Source: Ylistrum balloti
Lineage: Eukaryota
Assembly (NCBI RefSeq): GCF_031769215.1
Contig: NW_026782729.1
Coordinates: 558,001-622,000, forward strand
Direction: 5' to 3'
Length of the DNA: 64,000 bases
A program made the position numbers and the translations under genes. The notes under the pieces were generated by a model. The model was not told where the DNA came from. It searched no databases and was given only the letters and a program-made list of their open reading frames with translations. Within the stretch, counting starts at the first letter, position 1, and every line of letters begins with the position of its first letter. This document shows, piece by piece, positions 14,160-27,050 of this stretch.

Positions 14160-14940
14160 ACACAGTTGATTATGTAGCAGAATGTAAGACTCCCTTGTAA
14201 TATACAGTAAATCATGTAGAGTAATCATATTTTGTAATATTACAATGCGGAGATACCAATGTAATGGAATTGTAACTCTCTGTTGTAATACACTCAGTTA
14301 ACAATGTCGCAGAATTATAACACATTTGAAATACACACTGTTTATTATGTGACAGCATTATAACGCTCTTGTACACTCAGTTAACAATTCACAGAATTAT
14401 AACACATTTGTAATACACACTGTTTATTATGTGACAGCATTATAACGCTCTTGTACACTCAGTTAACAATTCACAGAATTATAACACATTTGTAATACAC
14501 ACTGTTTATTATGTGACAGCATTATAACGCTCTTGTTGTACACTCAGTTAACAATGTCGCTGAAATATTACACATTTGAAATACACACATTTTATTATGT
14601 GACAACATTATAAAACGCTTGTAATACATTCAGTTAACAACGTAGCAGAATGTTTACATCCTCTTTTAATAGACACAGTTAACCGTGTAGAAGAATCATA
14701 ACCCTCTCTTATGATACACAGAAAGTTATAACAATTTTTTGTTATAAATACTTTATTAACCATATAGCCGAATGTTAACCCCTTTTTACAATACAGTAAA
14801 TCATGTAGCAGAATTAGATCAGTCTCTTGTAACATAACACAGTTAACTGTGGAGCAAAATTAGAACACTCTCTTGTCCTAAACAAGAGTACGTTATGTAG
14901 AATTAGTATAATTTAATGTAATGAACCAGTTAAACAGTAT
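14160..14940. repeat. Degenerate ~41-bp repeat with an 82-bp dimeric core
   Basis: Near-identical units start at 14371 and 14453 (gtacactcagttaacaattcacagaattataacac...). Diverged copies flank them. Confidence 0.8.
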
Positions 14941-15503
14941 CCATGTTTTAAGATTGGGTTTATTTAATAAATTTAACACAATTATTGGTAGTGGAGAACT
15001 TATCTATGTTATATCATCAAAAAACCAAATAATTTGTATGCCAAATGTAGAATACATCTGAATCTACGATATCTATGAAGCTTTTCAAAAGTATTATAAC
15101 GCTGACATTAGGTAATTCTCGCTGTTAAAGCAAAGAGAAACTTGAAGGAGTATGCTCAAACATTTAAAACATTTATTTGAAACAAGAATGTCAGTGGTAT
15201 ATTATAATGAAATTCTATATTTAATAGTGAAAACGCTTCATCCATAATAAACAGAAAATCTATCACGCATAGTGGGGGTAGATTTCCGTTGGGTGTACTC
15301 GTTACATTCCTTTTTAAAGGTTTCATTCTACAAGAAATTGTTAATGAATGATTAGAATGATTCAAAAGTCTAAAACATTAGAGAGTTTGTTCACGACACA
15401 ATCATTGCTTTTCAAACCCGTAGATATCTAATGATATTCCGAATTTCAGAGTGCACACACAGTGTGCAGTATCTGTATGCTAAATTCTATCACAGAATCT
15501 TCT

Positions 15504-18422
15504 TTACCCTTCGTTCTCAACCAATACCTGAGTACCAGTAACGTCTTTCGTCACATCATGTATTGGAATGATTTTCGATCCTCCATTCATTATGCGAAAA
15601 ACCCTGAAATAGAATGACACACACAAAAAACTTATTCGAGGACGTTACCATCTGACCAATTCTTTAGTAATAAACTTATGGTGGGGCTTAATCATTGGAC
15701 GTCAGGCTCCCCTTTATAAAATATAACGTCAAAGGTCCCGAACTGGGACTTTTTTCATTTATTCGATGCAGTATTTAAATTTTGAAATTTGAACATTCAT
15801 TTTAGCATTACTTCGATCTTATATGTTGTTTATGAAACTAGATTTAAGAGCAGAAAGTAGAGACATGTAAAAATCACCTATACAGAAAAGAATGTTCCCG
15901 TATTTTCTTTTTAAAAGATATTTCGTGTGACGCTCTGGTATCGAATAACAATGGATGTGAATACTTCTACAAGGATTGAATCAATAACACTGTTAAATTT
16001 CAATTTAGGTAACTTTTTAATATTTTGGTAACCTTGGAAATGGCAATATTGAATATTTGGAACCAGATATATGTGTAAAAAGTGATCAATTTTACCACAT
16101 AATGACTAAAAATGTGTATACTACACTATCCCCGTCTGGAAAAAACTTTAAATAACGAATTAAAAGCAATCTAGTTTATACCGAATACAAAACAGATATA
16201 TCACACAAAAAAAGGTGATTTGGTAACCCTTTAATAAAAGAATGATATAATCTTTGTAATAAAAAAGCAAATGCATACTACCACATGAAGAACCATTAGA
16301 GAATCAGGGTAAGGATAGTGTATACTTACATCAAAAGACATGCTGTTATTAGGGACAAACCACCAAACACGAGGAAAACGAAGCTCCGCATGATACCAAT
16401 AGTTGCCACGTAGATGGTCGACGCTCCAACATTGCTTCCAAGGTTTGCCGCTATTTCTACCACAGCTATTCCCGCGAATAGGGCACCTACATTAGCAAAT
16501 AATTGGTATCTATAATGGTTATAACGTCATACAGATATAATGATATGGAAAGAAAACCACACGCGAGCAAATAATGCAATCTAATTGATAAATTAAGTGG
16601 TTATAAAACCAGATATACGTGGAAAGAAAAGCGATAGCATACTGATGTTGATATGAATGCGTAATGACAAATGAAACAAAAGACTGCCACATAAAGCTGG
16701 ATGCATACTAATAAAAGGTATGTAGAGATGTCCTCAGACTAAAAATAACTTTTCAGAAAACAACTGATATTATGAGTTCTAATTATTTTGAAACATTAAA
16801 TATATATATCAAATTGCAAATAATGTAGAAATCAGTATTCATACTGACATATAAACAGACCTGTGTTAATGTGTTTGTATAGACGAATCCTGCTACGCAT
16901 GTTGCATTATTGCATTGTGACATCTAGGTTTGCAACAAGGCAAACCAAAGTTTTGTTTAATGATCGTTGTGAATTTTATTGCGCCACATACCCTGTCTTT
17001 CCGGAGGTGTAAGCTTGGATAACATAGATCTGATCATCGGGAATACCAACGCACTCAGGAAACCTATCGCTGGAGCTGAAACATTAATAATGCATTGTAT
17101 GTTTTATTTCATAGATAAGATTTAATTTGTACTTCGTAACAATTGAAAGGAAACAATTAGAAAAACGAAATAGATATCAGCATTCTTAATGCAGCATTGG
17201 TTTAATCCAATTGATGACGGACAAGGATCTTGAGGATTCGGACATTTTGTGATGTTGCATTGTTTTGGGTTCAGATTATTATCGATATCGGCATTGTTTG
17301 GCAGCATTAAATCATGAAGTGAATTAATTTGAACTTACATAGAAAGAGCATAAGGTCACTGACGGCAAATGCCTCAACAAGACAAGCTACCAACGAAGAG
17401 ACGGCACTAAAAACTGCGATAATTTCCTCCACAAAAATTTTTTGCAGGATTTTGACTGTGGCTACACCTAAAATCATCGAGGCGGAAGTCGATATGGCCG
17501 AGTAATATCCAACGTATACAGATGTCCAACAAAATGGTGCATTCAACTGGTACAAAATTTCCGTATTTTGTTTACCCAAAAGGGAAAGCGCACCAATCAG
17601 GAAAGTAATTATTGCGAGTACATATTTGTATCTCGAAGGAGACGCTCGAAAATAAAATGTGAAAGATGCGCGTGCATTTTCGAAGATTGAAGTGTCTGAT
17701 AACAACCTTACGGGAGGGCGTGACGGCGGAAGAAACAGTACAACTACCAACATGGCACTGGCCGCTGATGCAGAAACACATAAACTTGCATAAAAGAATC
17801 CAATACTACTAAGAATGTATCCGGAAATAATTCCCGATAGTGCCGCGCCAACTCCCACGGAGGCTTCAAGAAGAGTTATCATCAAAGTCCGTTGTCTTCC
17901 TGGAATTGTTACATCCGAAATATAGGCGAATCCAATGGACAGTGCCCCAAATAGACCGCCTCCTATACTGTACAGTGTGCTGCTGATAATGAAATAGTAA
18001 ACATCGATCTCAAAGTAAATGACAACACTGGAAAAACATGTCGATAAAACAAAACACGTTGTAGTAAATGAAAGAATCCGTGTTCTCCCAAACTTGTCAC
18101 TAAGGCCACCAATGATCCCGCTTGTTATAAGAGCAGGTATTGTTTCAGCAAGTTTTGTGAAGATATTGAGACGAGATGCACTTTTCTCAACCGCTGTCCT
18201 CTCACGGTATGATTCTGTCGATTTGTTAACGTTGCAGGCGGACCCATCTGAAGAAGACAAACTGGAGTTGGGAAACAAGTCAGCCTCTAGGTAGCTGAAT
18301 ACATACTGAGTTGACACCAACGACGAGAGAACCAAACTAAACATAATTAGCATTAACGCTACTCCAAGCATTCCGTGCGACCACCTCAGGGTACCGTGCT
18401 GGGAATGAGGCTTTTCCATCAT
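15504..18422 (-). CDS. SLC46-family MFS transporter paralog 3, ~474 aa; exons 17339-18422, 16992-17075, 16330-16486, 15504-15603
   Basis: The ORF track starts at a TTG (18440); the first ATG is at 18422 (MMEKPH). Exon sizes 84/157/100 and phases match paralog 2. Motifs: GGLSDKFGR, LEASVG, LYQLNAPFCW, MIRSMLSK. Tail is VFRIMNGGSKIIPIHDVTKDVTGTQVLVENEG*. Confidence 0.9.
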
Positions 18423-18519
18423 GGAATTGTATAATGCCAATTTTATGCCTAGAATGGAAAGTCAATGCATGCAGTTATTATACAGATACGTATTTAAGCA
18501 ATAAATCCAAAAAAATTGC

Positions 18520-19810
18520 AAGATGAAGCGTGGAAACCGAAACATTTAACATAAGGATGACGAAGTGTAGAAACCAAAATATTTCATATAAGGTTGATGA
18601 AGCGTAGAAACCGAAACATTTAACATGAGGAGCGTGGACCAAAACATTTAACATAAGGTGAAGTGTGAAGTAAGATCAGAGTTCAAAGCATTAAATGTAC
18701 AATGTACCACACTTAAAGTGGTAACTTAATGATTTAACATAAGGTTGATGAAGCGTGGTAACCGAAACATTTAACATAAGGCTGACGAAGTGTGGAAACC
18801 AAAATATTTCACATAAGGTTGATGAAGCGTAGAAACCGAAACATTTAACATGAGGATGATGAAGCGTGGAAACCGAAACATTTAACATAAGGTTGATGAA
18901 GCGTGGAAACCGAAACATTTAACATAAGGTTGATGAAGCGTAGAAACCGAAACATTTAACATAAGGATGATGAAGCGTGGAAACCGAAACATTTAACATA
19001 AGGTTGATGAAGCGTGGAAACCGAAACATTTAACATAAGGCTGACGAAGTGTAGAAACCAAAATATTTCACATAAGGTTGATGAAGCGTGGAAACCGAAA
19101 CATTTAACATAAGGTTGATAAAGCGTGGTAACCGAAACATTTAACATAAGGTTGATGAAGAAGAAACATTTAACATAAGGCTGACCAAACCGAAACATTT
19201 AACATAAGGCTGACGAAGTGTGGAAACCAAAATATTTAACATAAGGTTGATGAAGCGTGGAAACCGAAACATTTAACATAAGGTTGATGAAGCGTGGAAA
19301 CCGAAACATTTAACATAAGGTTGATGAAGCGTGGAAACCGAAACATTTAACATAAGGCTGACGAAGTGCAGAAACCAAAATATTTCATATAAGGTTGATG
19401 AAGCGTAGAAACCGAAACATTTAAATAATTGCAGAAACCAAAATACATAAGGTTGATGAAGCGTGGAAACGAAACAAACATTTAACATAAGGATGATGAA
19501 GCGTGGAAACCGAAACATTTAACATAAGGTTGATGAAGCGTGGTAACCGAAACATTTAACATGAGGTTGATGAAGCGTGGAAACCGAAACATTTAACATA
19601 AGGTTGATGAAGCGTGGAAACCGAAACATTTAACATAAGGTTGATGAAGCGTGGAAACCGAAACATTTAACATAAGGATGACGAAGTGTGGAAACCAAAA
19701 TATTTAACATAAGGTTGATGAAGCGTGGTAACCGAAACATTTAACATAAGGTTGATGAAGCGTGGTAACCGAAACATTTAACATAAGGTTGATGAAGAGA
19801 GGAAACCGGA
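18520..19810. repeat. 37-bp minisatellite, ~34 units, just upstream of the paralog 3 coding start
   Basis: Unit ccgaaacatttaacataaggttgatgaagcgtggaaa, interspersed with a variant (ccaaaatattt / ctgacgaagtg). Confidence 0.95.
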
Positions 19811-21138
19811 ACGTAAGTTTGAAGAATGGAGGAAATCATCTGTGATATTAAGCAATTAATTTCGTATTGTGAGTATTAAACGTACTACTATAGCTCACCT
19901 CATTTGACTGAACAGTTTACCCAGATGGAAGCAAGGCAAAACACCGAACAATAAACAAGTAATGGTGAATACAGGATGTCCGTATTAAAAATATACAAAT
20001 GAACGTGACGATGAAAAGAAACACAGACGTATCACATGAGCTCCCTACAACATCACTTGAACTTGTTGTTATCTCGGTCACTCAGGCTATCGTGTGAAAA
20101 TACAGACTAACAAATTTAAAAGTCACAGCCAAAATCTGGACGCATCAATATGAGTCTAGTAAGAGATTTCACCTGCACGGACTGTATCAGATTTGTAATA
20201 TATAATGAGGTGAAATGTACAAGGTTTTGATAACACACTATCTTTGCTATTTACGGATGAACATCCTTGATTACACTCGTGTGAATGCTAAACATAAACT
20301 AATGACAGACAACAAATCGGTGACTCGAGTGTATACCTCACCGATATAGCAATATCACGTGTAAACTTTGTTTACATAATATCCGATAACCGCTATTTCA
20401 GTATTGCTGTTATTGACGCGACCAAATTGCTATCCGAGAAACTCAAATAAAAACAGTTAACATATTTGTGATATCAACATTTTAATAACAATAAAATATT
20501 TCAGCCACTGCCTTAGATTTTTTTTAATGCTGTATAATCCTATTTCTTTACAAACAAAACCAAGCAAATGAAAATTGAACCCATTAAATGACAATAAATT
20601 ACAAAATAAAACACCACTACTGAAAAATCTTGTTTGTAGTCATAAACATTAAAATATCTTCAAATCAACGGATATGAAATTTAGCGTTAAATCTCATAAT
20701 TGAAAAGCAAGTAGAATTTAAGAGTAAAAGGCTGATTTTAAGCAATGGACATCAGACTTTGACTTCCTTAAATCTTATTCCATGACGTCTAAAGCACTTT
20801 GTAGATAATGCGGAGTCGGAAGAACATTCGAAATGAGCAAATAATCTTCAAATTACTTTCCGACTAAATGATTTGTAACTTAGTGTCTAAGTGACAACTG
20901 TTTAAATGTTGTTTTGGAACCCTTTCACTTAAAATCATATCAATAGCAAACTCTAAATGTTTCCACTTGGAATCATTCTATATTAACAGGGAAGTCTAAA
21001 AATGAAGAAGTGTCCTACAAATACAAAACAGTAAACATGGAACTATTTAATGGGAATCTTCCAAGAAAATTATATATATATTCTCAGAGTCTGGGTTAAT
21101 AGCGCTAATGCTAAACGATCGCGTTTCGAATTATTTTT

Positions 21139-21168
21139 TACACACACACACACACACACACCTACACC

Positions 21169-21204
<36 letters not shown>

Positions 21205-21400
21205 ACCACCACCATCCCCCCCACACACACACACGTACACGCACACACATATTATATCTGCATATATAATTGAAATAGGTATTAAATGATACGGGTATCA
21301 TCTGATCTGGCAGAGCAGAGCTAAAAACAACAACAACAAAAAAAAAAAAAAAACACAGAAAACACACACACAAAACAAAACAAAAGCAAAAACAAAAAGA
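21139..21400. repeat. Compound microsatellite (CA)n/(CT)n/(CAA)n/poly(A)
   Basis: Simple repeats visible directly in the sequence. Confidence 0.95.
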
Positions 21401-22515
21401 CAATACCGACATGTCAACAGAGTCTCAATTTAAACTCAAGTCGAAAAATCAAAGGCAAAATATTTATTTACATGTTAACCTTGGTGAATCCAAGTTAGCA
21501 ATGTCACAATCCCAAATAAAATACAGAGTAAACAACAAAGAAATCACTAGGCGTACTAACGAGTTTCAACCACGTGGCAGTAAACGAAACAAGAATGGTG
21601 TTAATGTTACCCTGGTAGGGGTTATATATACTAGTTCAAAATGCAGAGTTGTTTTCCTGTTTTGGGGGTTGAAGATTTGGGAGTTTTCAGGGGTTAATAA
21701 ATAAGCACATTGAGCATACCTTCAGACAATGAATTAGAATCATCCCATACTGAATGCCATGACAATTCGGAAATAATGATAGTATTTATATCAATCCGTT
21801 CCAAATAAGTATTTCATTAATTTAGGCATGAACGCATCACCACTGTATACCTCGTATAGATCTTTATATAAGCACATGTACAAGCATATTACAGTTATTA
21901 TATTGATGTAGGTGGGGAGAGGAAAGATATTTGAAATACGAGGAATTTTTTACACTTGAATACAATATTCTCATCATATGTACCCTACATTTGTATGAAA
22001 CCGTAAACGGTATACATAGAAAAGCTGTAATCCAAATATAGCGGAATTTGCGAAATGTACACAGTAGTCCAGGACACCAATTCGAGCACAGTAGAGAGAT
22101 ACGTCAATTTGCATTGTGTAATCGAAGAACAGGCACGAAGGCAAAAGAGCACTCGAAGAGGCGTCGTGATGATGGATATAGTCGGAGGCACACTGGGCAG
22201 CAGGGGAGAAAGGGGACATAAAGAAAGAATTGTATGAGGCTTGGCTGCTACATTTTCACTGACGTTATACCATCCGTCATGCCTCAAGGACAGTAAACCT
22301 CTTTGTGTGACGAGATTTAAACATCTTCATGATATTTTGCAATTACTCAAATTGAGATTGACCTACTGTGATTTCGTTTTTTCTTTCTTTCTTTTTAATT
22401 CAATCTCTTGCTTCCTTCAAAATTAATAAGCACAGTATATTCGTCATGATGATGTATCTCCCAGGTAGGAATCAGGCCTTTCTCCCTATGGTGTCTCTTA
22501 CACTTCCGCCTCCTT

Positions 22516-24809
22516 CTAACTAGTTCTCTTACAACGGTAAAGTCTGCGAAAACAAACATGAAGTGTTGTTTTTATTTGATAAAAGAATGGGTTCCTGGAC
22601 AAAATAATTAAGGTGAGCTAGTTCTTGATAGTTTTAAGTTATTTCATTTAAAATGACAGAATATAAAACTTTACAATACTTACAGCAGAAGGCCTATAGA
22701 GAGTACAGAGAATGCAGCATACACAAGGAAAGCCGTTCCTCGGAACATCTCGATAGTGTTTATGTAGATGATCTTGACTACAACATTGGCTGTCAAACTG
22801 ACACATATCTCCATAACAGCCAATCCCGCAAATAAGGCACCTGATGGTGGGAAAATGCAACATTTGTACGTTTTAGTTTAGCTTCCTCGACATAAAAAGA
22901 GCTGGCGTGTTACATTTTATTTGCGTCTTGCGATCGTTAAGTTAACGGGTAAAAGTTCATTGTCCTGAAAAAGTTCTGGAAGATTTTAATACTACCAGTT
23001 AAATTGGAAGCTTTACTAGTTCCAAGATTTTCTAGTTATACTTTGGCGATATACAAGTATTACCTTGTTGGTGAGGTGGCGTTATTTTGGACATGATAGC
23101 TCGCATCATCGGGATAGTGAGTATACTTAGCACCGCAAACAACGGGACTGAAACAGACATATAAATCTAGTAGTCTACAAGTAGTGCTTTGTGGAAAAAC
23201 AACTTAATGACTATATTATTTTAGACTTCATCTATTTAAGAACAATTATGAAACAAGTAACTGGAAAAGCAAGATTCTGAAAATACCTTTTGATAGTTAG
23301 ATCACCAGAATAGGCAAATAATGAATTAAAGCGTTGCCTGCAATCTCGAAGACTGCACAGAAGCTACAAAAGAGAATGGCCCAAAAATCACCTCTTTTTG
23401 GCGCGAAGGGAAGACTGCGAGGGGTCTTACAGAGGAAAAAACGGAATATCCATAGAAACCCCATGTGGTCGGGCGTGTGACCACGCGTTTTTCACGTCCG
23501 TTGGGAGAAAATTAATCATTGATATTTAGGTGAAAAGTAAGCGCGTTAACACTGCGCCATCCGACCGCACATTTAATGGACATCATCATCAAAACCAATA
23601 CTTACCTAAGAAAAGTGTCAGATCATTGTATGCAAACGCTTCTAATATACAGGAAGTAGCATTAGATAGGGCACTCAATATAGCGATGACTTCTTCTGCG
23701 AAGAAACGTTGTAGAAGTTTGATGGCTGCTATTCCAACAAGCATACTTGAGGCGACTGAAAGCGACACAAAATGTCCTATCTTCACTGGAGACCAACAAA
23801 ATGGAGTGTTAAGTGCATACAAGATTTCAATTCTACTCTTTCCTAGTCTAGATAAACACGCCAATACAAATGTGGCACCACATATGATATACACGAATCT
23901 CTTCTTGGAAGATCGAAAATAAAACTCAAAGGCTGCCTTGGCTGTGCCACATGTAGCTGTCGCACCACGGGTTGTTCCTTGGTTAGCGATATCTGTGCTC
24001 CTGTCACCATAATTAGTTTCGTTGTCTTTGGAGAGTGTGGTTCTTCTGTAGGATTGTGTGGTAGTGTTACTGGTATAGCTCGTTATGTTTAAGAGAGAAT
24101 CTGGCAGGGGAAACACCACTACTAGAACTGCCGCTAATACCAAGAAACAGGAACACAGGCTGGTATAAAAATAGCCAAACTTTTCAATGATATATCCGGA
24201 CACAAGTCCGGAAACGGTCATTCCAAGTCCGATGGATGCATCCAATAACGTGATAAACAGGCTTCTTGGCCTTCCTGCTTCAGTTATATCAGACACGTAT
24301 GCAAAGCCAATTGATAAGGCGCCATAAATCCCTCCACCCACATTGTTTATGACGGCAAAAAGTATAAACAGGTTGATATCAAATGAACATTTTACTCCAA
24401 TTGTTGTGAGTAGAATTCCGAGTAAAGTAAAAGTGACATTAACAAATAAAGCCCTCCTACGCCCATACCTGTCACTCAACGAACCAAGAACACTGCTCGC
24501 GAGTATGGCTGGCACAGCCTCAGCTATTGTCTTGTACATGTCCCACTTCGCTGTAGTCTGCTGCACGGTCGTCCTCTCTAGATAACTTTCGGAGGACTTG
24601 TTCACATCACAAATAGATGTGTGTTTATTATCGAACGCTGAAGAGTTCGGAAATTTTCTGGAAGCTATGGTCTGGTAGACATATTGCGTTATGGACAACC
24701 CGTACAATTCCACTGCAAGTGAAAGGAACAGAAGAGTCACAGCGATAAACAGATGGCGCAGTCTGTATCTAATGGTTGGTACATTGATGAGGGGTTCATG
24801 TTCTTCCAT
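22516..24809 (-). CDS. SLC46-family MFS transporter paralog 4 (most divergent), ~490 aa; exons 23606-24809, 23064-23147, 22684-22840, 22516-22543
   Basis: The 84-bp and 157-bp internal exons have canonical splice sites and the same phases as the other paralogs. Motifs: GSLSDRYGRR, YVSDIT, LYALNTPFCW, MMRAIMSK, GALFAGLAVME. The last exon (ttttcgcag|A CTT TAC CGT... LYRCKRTS*) is less certain. Confidence 0.85.
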
Positions 24810-25329
24810 GGCGTCTTCTGGTTTAACACGTTAACACGAGAGATGAAGTCGACGAAGAATAACTTCCGCAACTTTGTATATCCCAGCTGATTATATCCTG
24901 ATTCGTAACACAATCTATAAAAAGACAACATTTTCTTAGTGTTTCAAGTCTAGAGTATACTTATTGACGACACAGCTGAGAGGACCAGTTAAGCAACATT
25001 CTCAAGTAGCTAGCCCACAATGTGTAGTATAATAAGAGATCTATAAGGACGCCCTGTAACTGTTATTACATAATACGCCTGTCCTACAGTAAATTCACCC
25101 ATGTGACATGTTACCAGTGTAATGTACCATGGAAAGTTTTTCATGCGCTCCGCCAGTCACAAATTAATTGTGTTGTTATAACTGACAATGACGTTACATT
25201 ATAAATTGTATATGGTGCATCAAAATGGCCGCCATGCTCATCATTTCTTCGTTATTCTGTGTTATTAGAAACTGTAGATTTACGTTACCATCAAAACGAA
25301 AATCACAACTTACTCAGAGAGTGACTAGA

Positions 25330-27050
25330 TCCTTCATTACGAGACTGATAGTTACATTATCACTACTCATAATAGATATCGACATAACGAGACTGACAGT
25401 TACACTATTAGTACTCATAACAGATATCGACATAACGAGACTGACAGTTACACTATTAGTACTCATAATAGATATCAACATAATAAGACCGACAGTTACA
25501 GCGATACTCATTATCAAAACAACCGTTATCACGAGACTGACAGTACAGTGTTATTTGCATGACGGTTACAGTGTTAATGACAGTTACAATGTTACTAGAC
25601 TGACAGTTACAGTATTACTAAACTGACAATTACAGTGTTACTAGCATGACAGTTACAGTGTTATTTGACTGACAGATACAGTATTACTAGATTGACAGAG
25701 TGTTACTAGACTGGCAGTTACAATGTTACTAGACAAACAGTTACAGTGTTACTAGACTGACAGTTACAGTGTTACTAGACTGACAGTTACAGTGTTACTG
25801 ACAGTAACAGTGTTACTAGACTGACAGTTACAGTATTACTGACAGTTACAGTGTTACTAGACTGACAATTACAATGTTACTAGACTGATAGTTACAGTAT
25901 TACTAGATTGACAGTTACAGTGCTACTAGACTGACAGTTACAATGTTACTGACAGTTTCAGTGTTACTAGACTGACAGTTACAGTGTTACTAGACTGACA
26001 CTTACAGTGTTACTAGATTGACAGAGTGTTACTAGACTGACAGCTATAATGTTACTGACAGTTACAATGTTACTTCATTTGCAGTTACAGTGACAGTTAC
26101 AGTATTACTAGATTGACAGTTATGGTATTATTAGACTGACAGCTACAATATTACTAGACTTACAGTTACAGTGTTACTAGACTGACAGTTACAGTGTTAC
26201 TGACAGTTACAGTGTTACTAGACTGGCAGTTACAGTGTTACTAGACAAACAGTTACAGTGTTACTAGACTGACAGTTACAGTGTCACTGACAGTTACAGT
26301 GTTACTAGACTGACAGTTACAGTGTTACTAGACAAACAGTTACAGTGCTACTAGACTGACAGTTACAGTGTTACTAGACTAACAGTTACAGTGTTACTGA
26401 CAGTTACAGTGTTACTAGACTGACAGTTGCAATGTTACTATACTTCAGTTACAATGTTACTAAACTGACAATTACAATGTTACTAGATTGACAGTTACAA
26501 TGTTACTTGACTGGCGGTGACAGTATTACTAGACTGACAGTTTCAATGTTACTAGACTGACAGTTACAATGTTACTAGACTGACAGTTGCAGTGTTACTG
26601 ACAGTTACAATGTTACTAGACTGACAGTTGCAGTGTTACTAGACTGACAGTTACAGTGTTACTGACAGTTACAGTGTTACTAGACTGACAGTTACAGTGT
26701 TACTAGACTGACAGTTATGGTATTATTAGACTGACAGCTACCGTTTTACTAATTTTAACAAATACCGTCGTATCGAGACTGACGGCCACAGTGTTACTAA
26801 TTATAACAAATGCCGTCATAACGATACTGACAGCTACAGTGTTACTAATAATAGCAAATGCCGTCATAACGAGACTGACAGTTACAGTGTCACTAATTAT
26901 CACAAATGCCGTCATAACGAGACTGACAGTTACAGTGTCACTAATTATCACAAATGCCGTCATAACGAGACTGACAGTTACAGTGTCACTAATTATCACA
27001 AATGCCGTCATAACGAGACTGACAGTTATATTGTATTGTTATAAAAGTGA
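25330..27050. repeat. Nested minisatellite: 48-bp units flanking a ~1.15-kb array of 23/18-bp units
   Basis: The core gactgacagttacagtgttacta repeats over ~25570-26720. 48-bp units containing the same core lie at ~25370-25500 and ~26800-27030. Confidence 0.92.

Noticed and set aside
18423-18440. N-terminal extension MALYNS of paralog 3
   Set aside because: The track's start is TTG; the first ATG is at 18422.
21050-21412. HT/CV-rich ORFs
   Set aside because: They are microsatellite translations.
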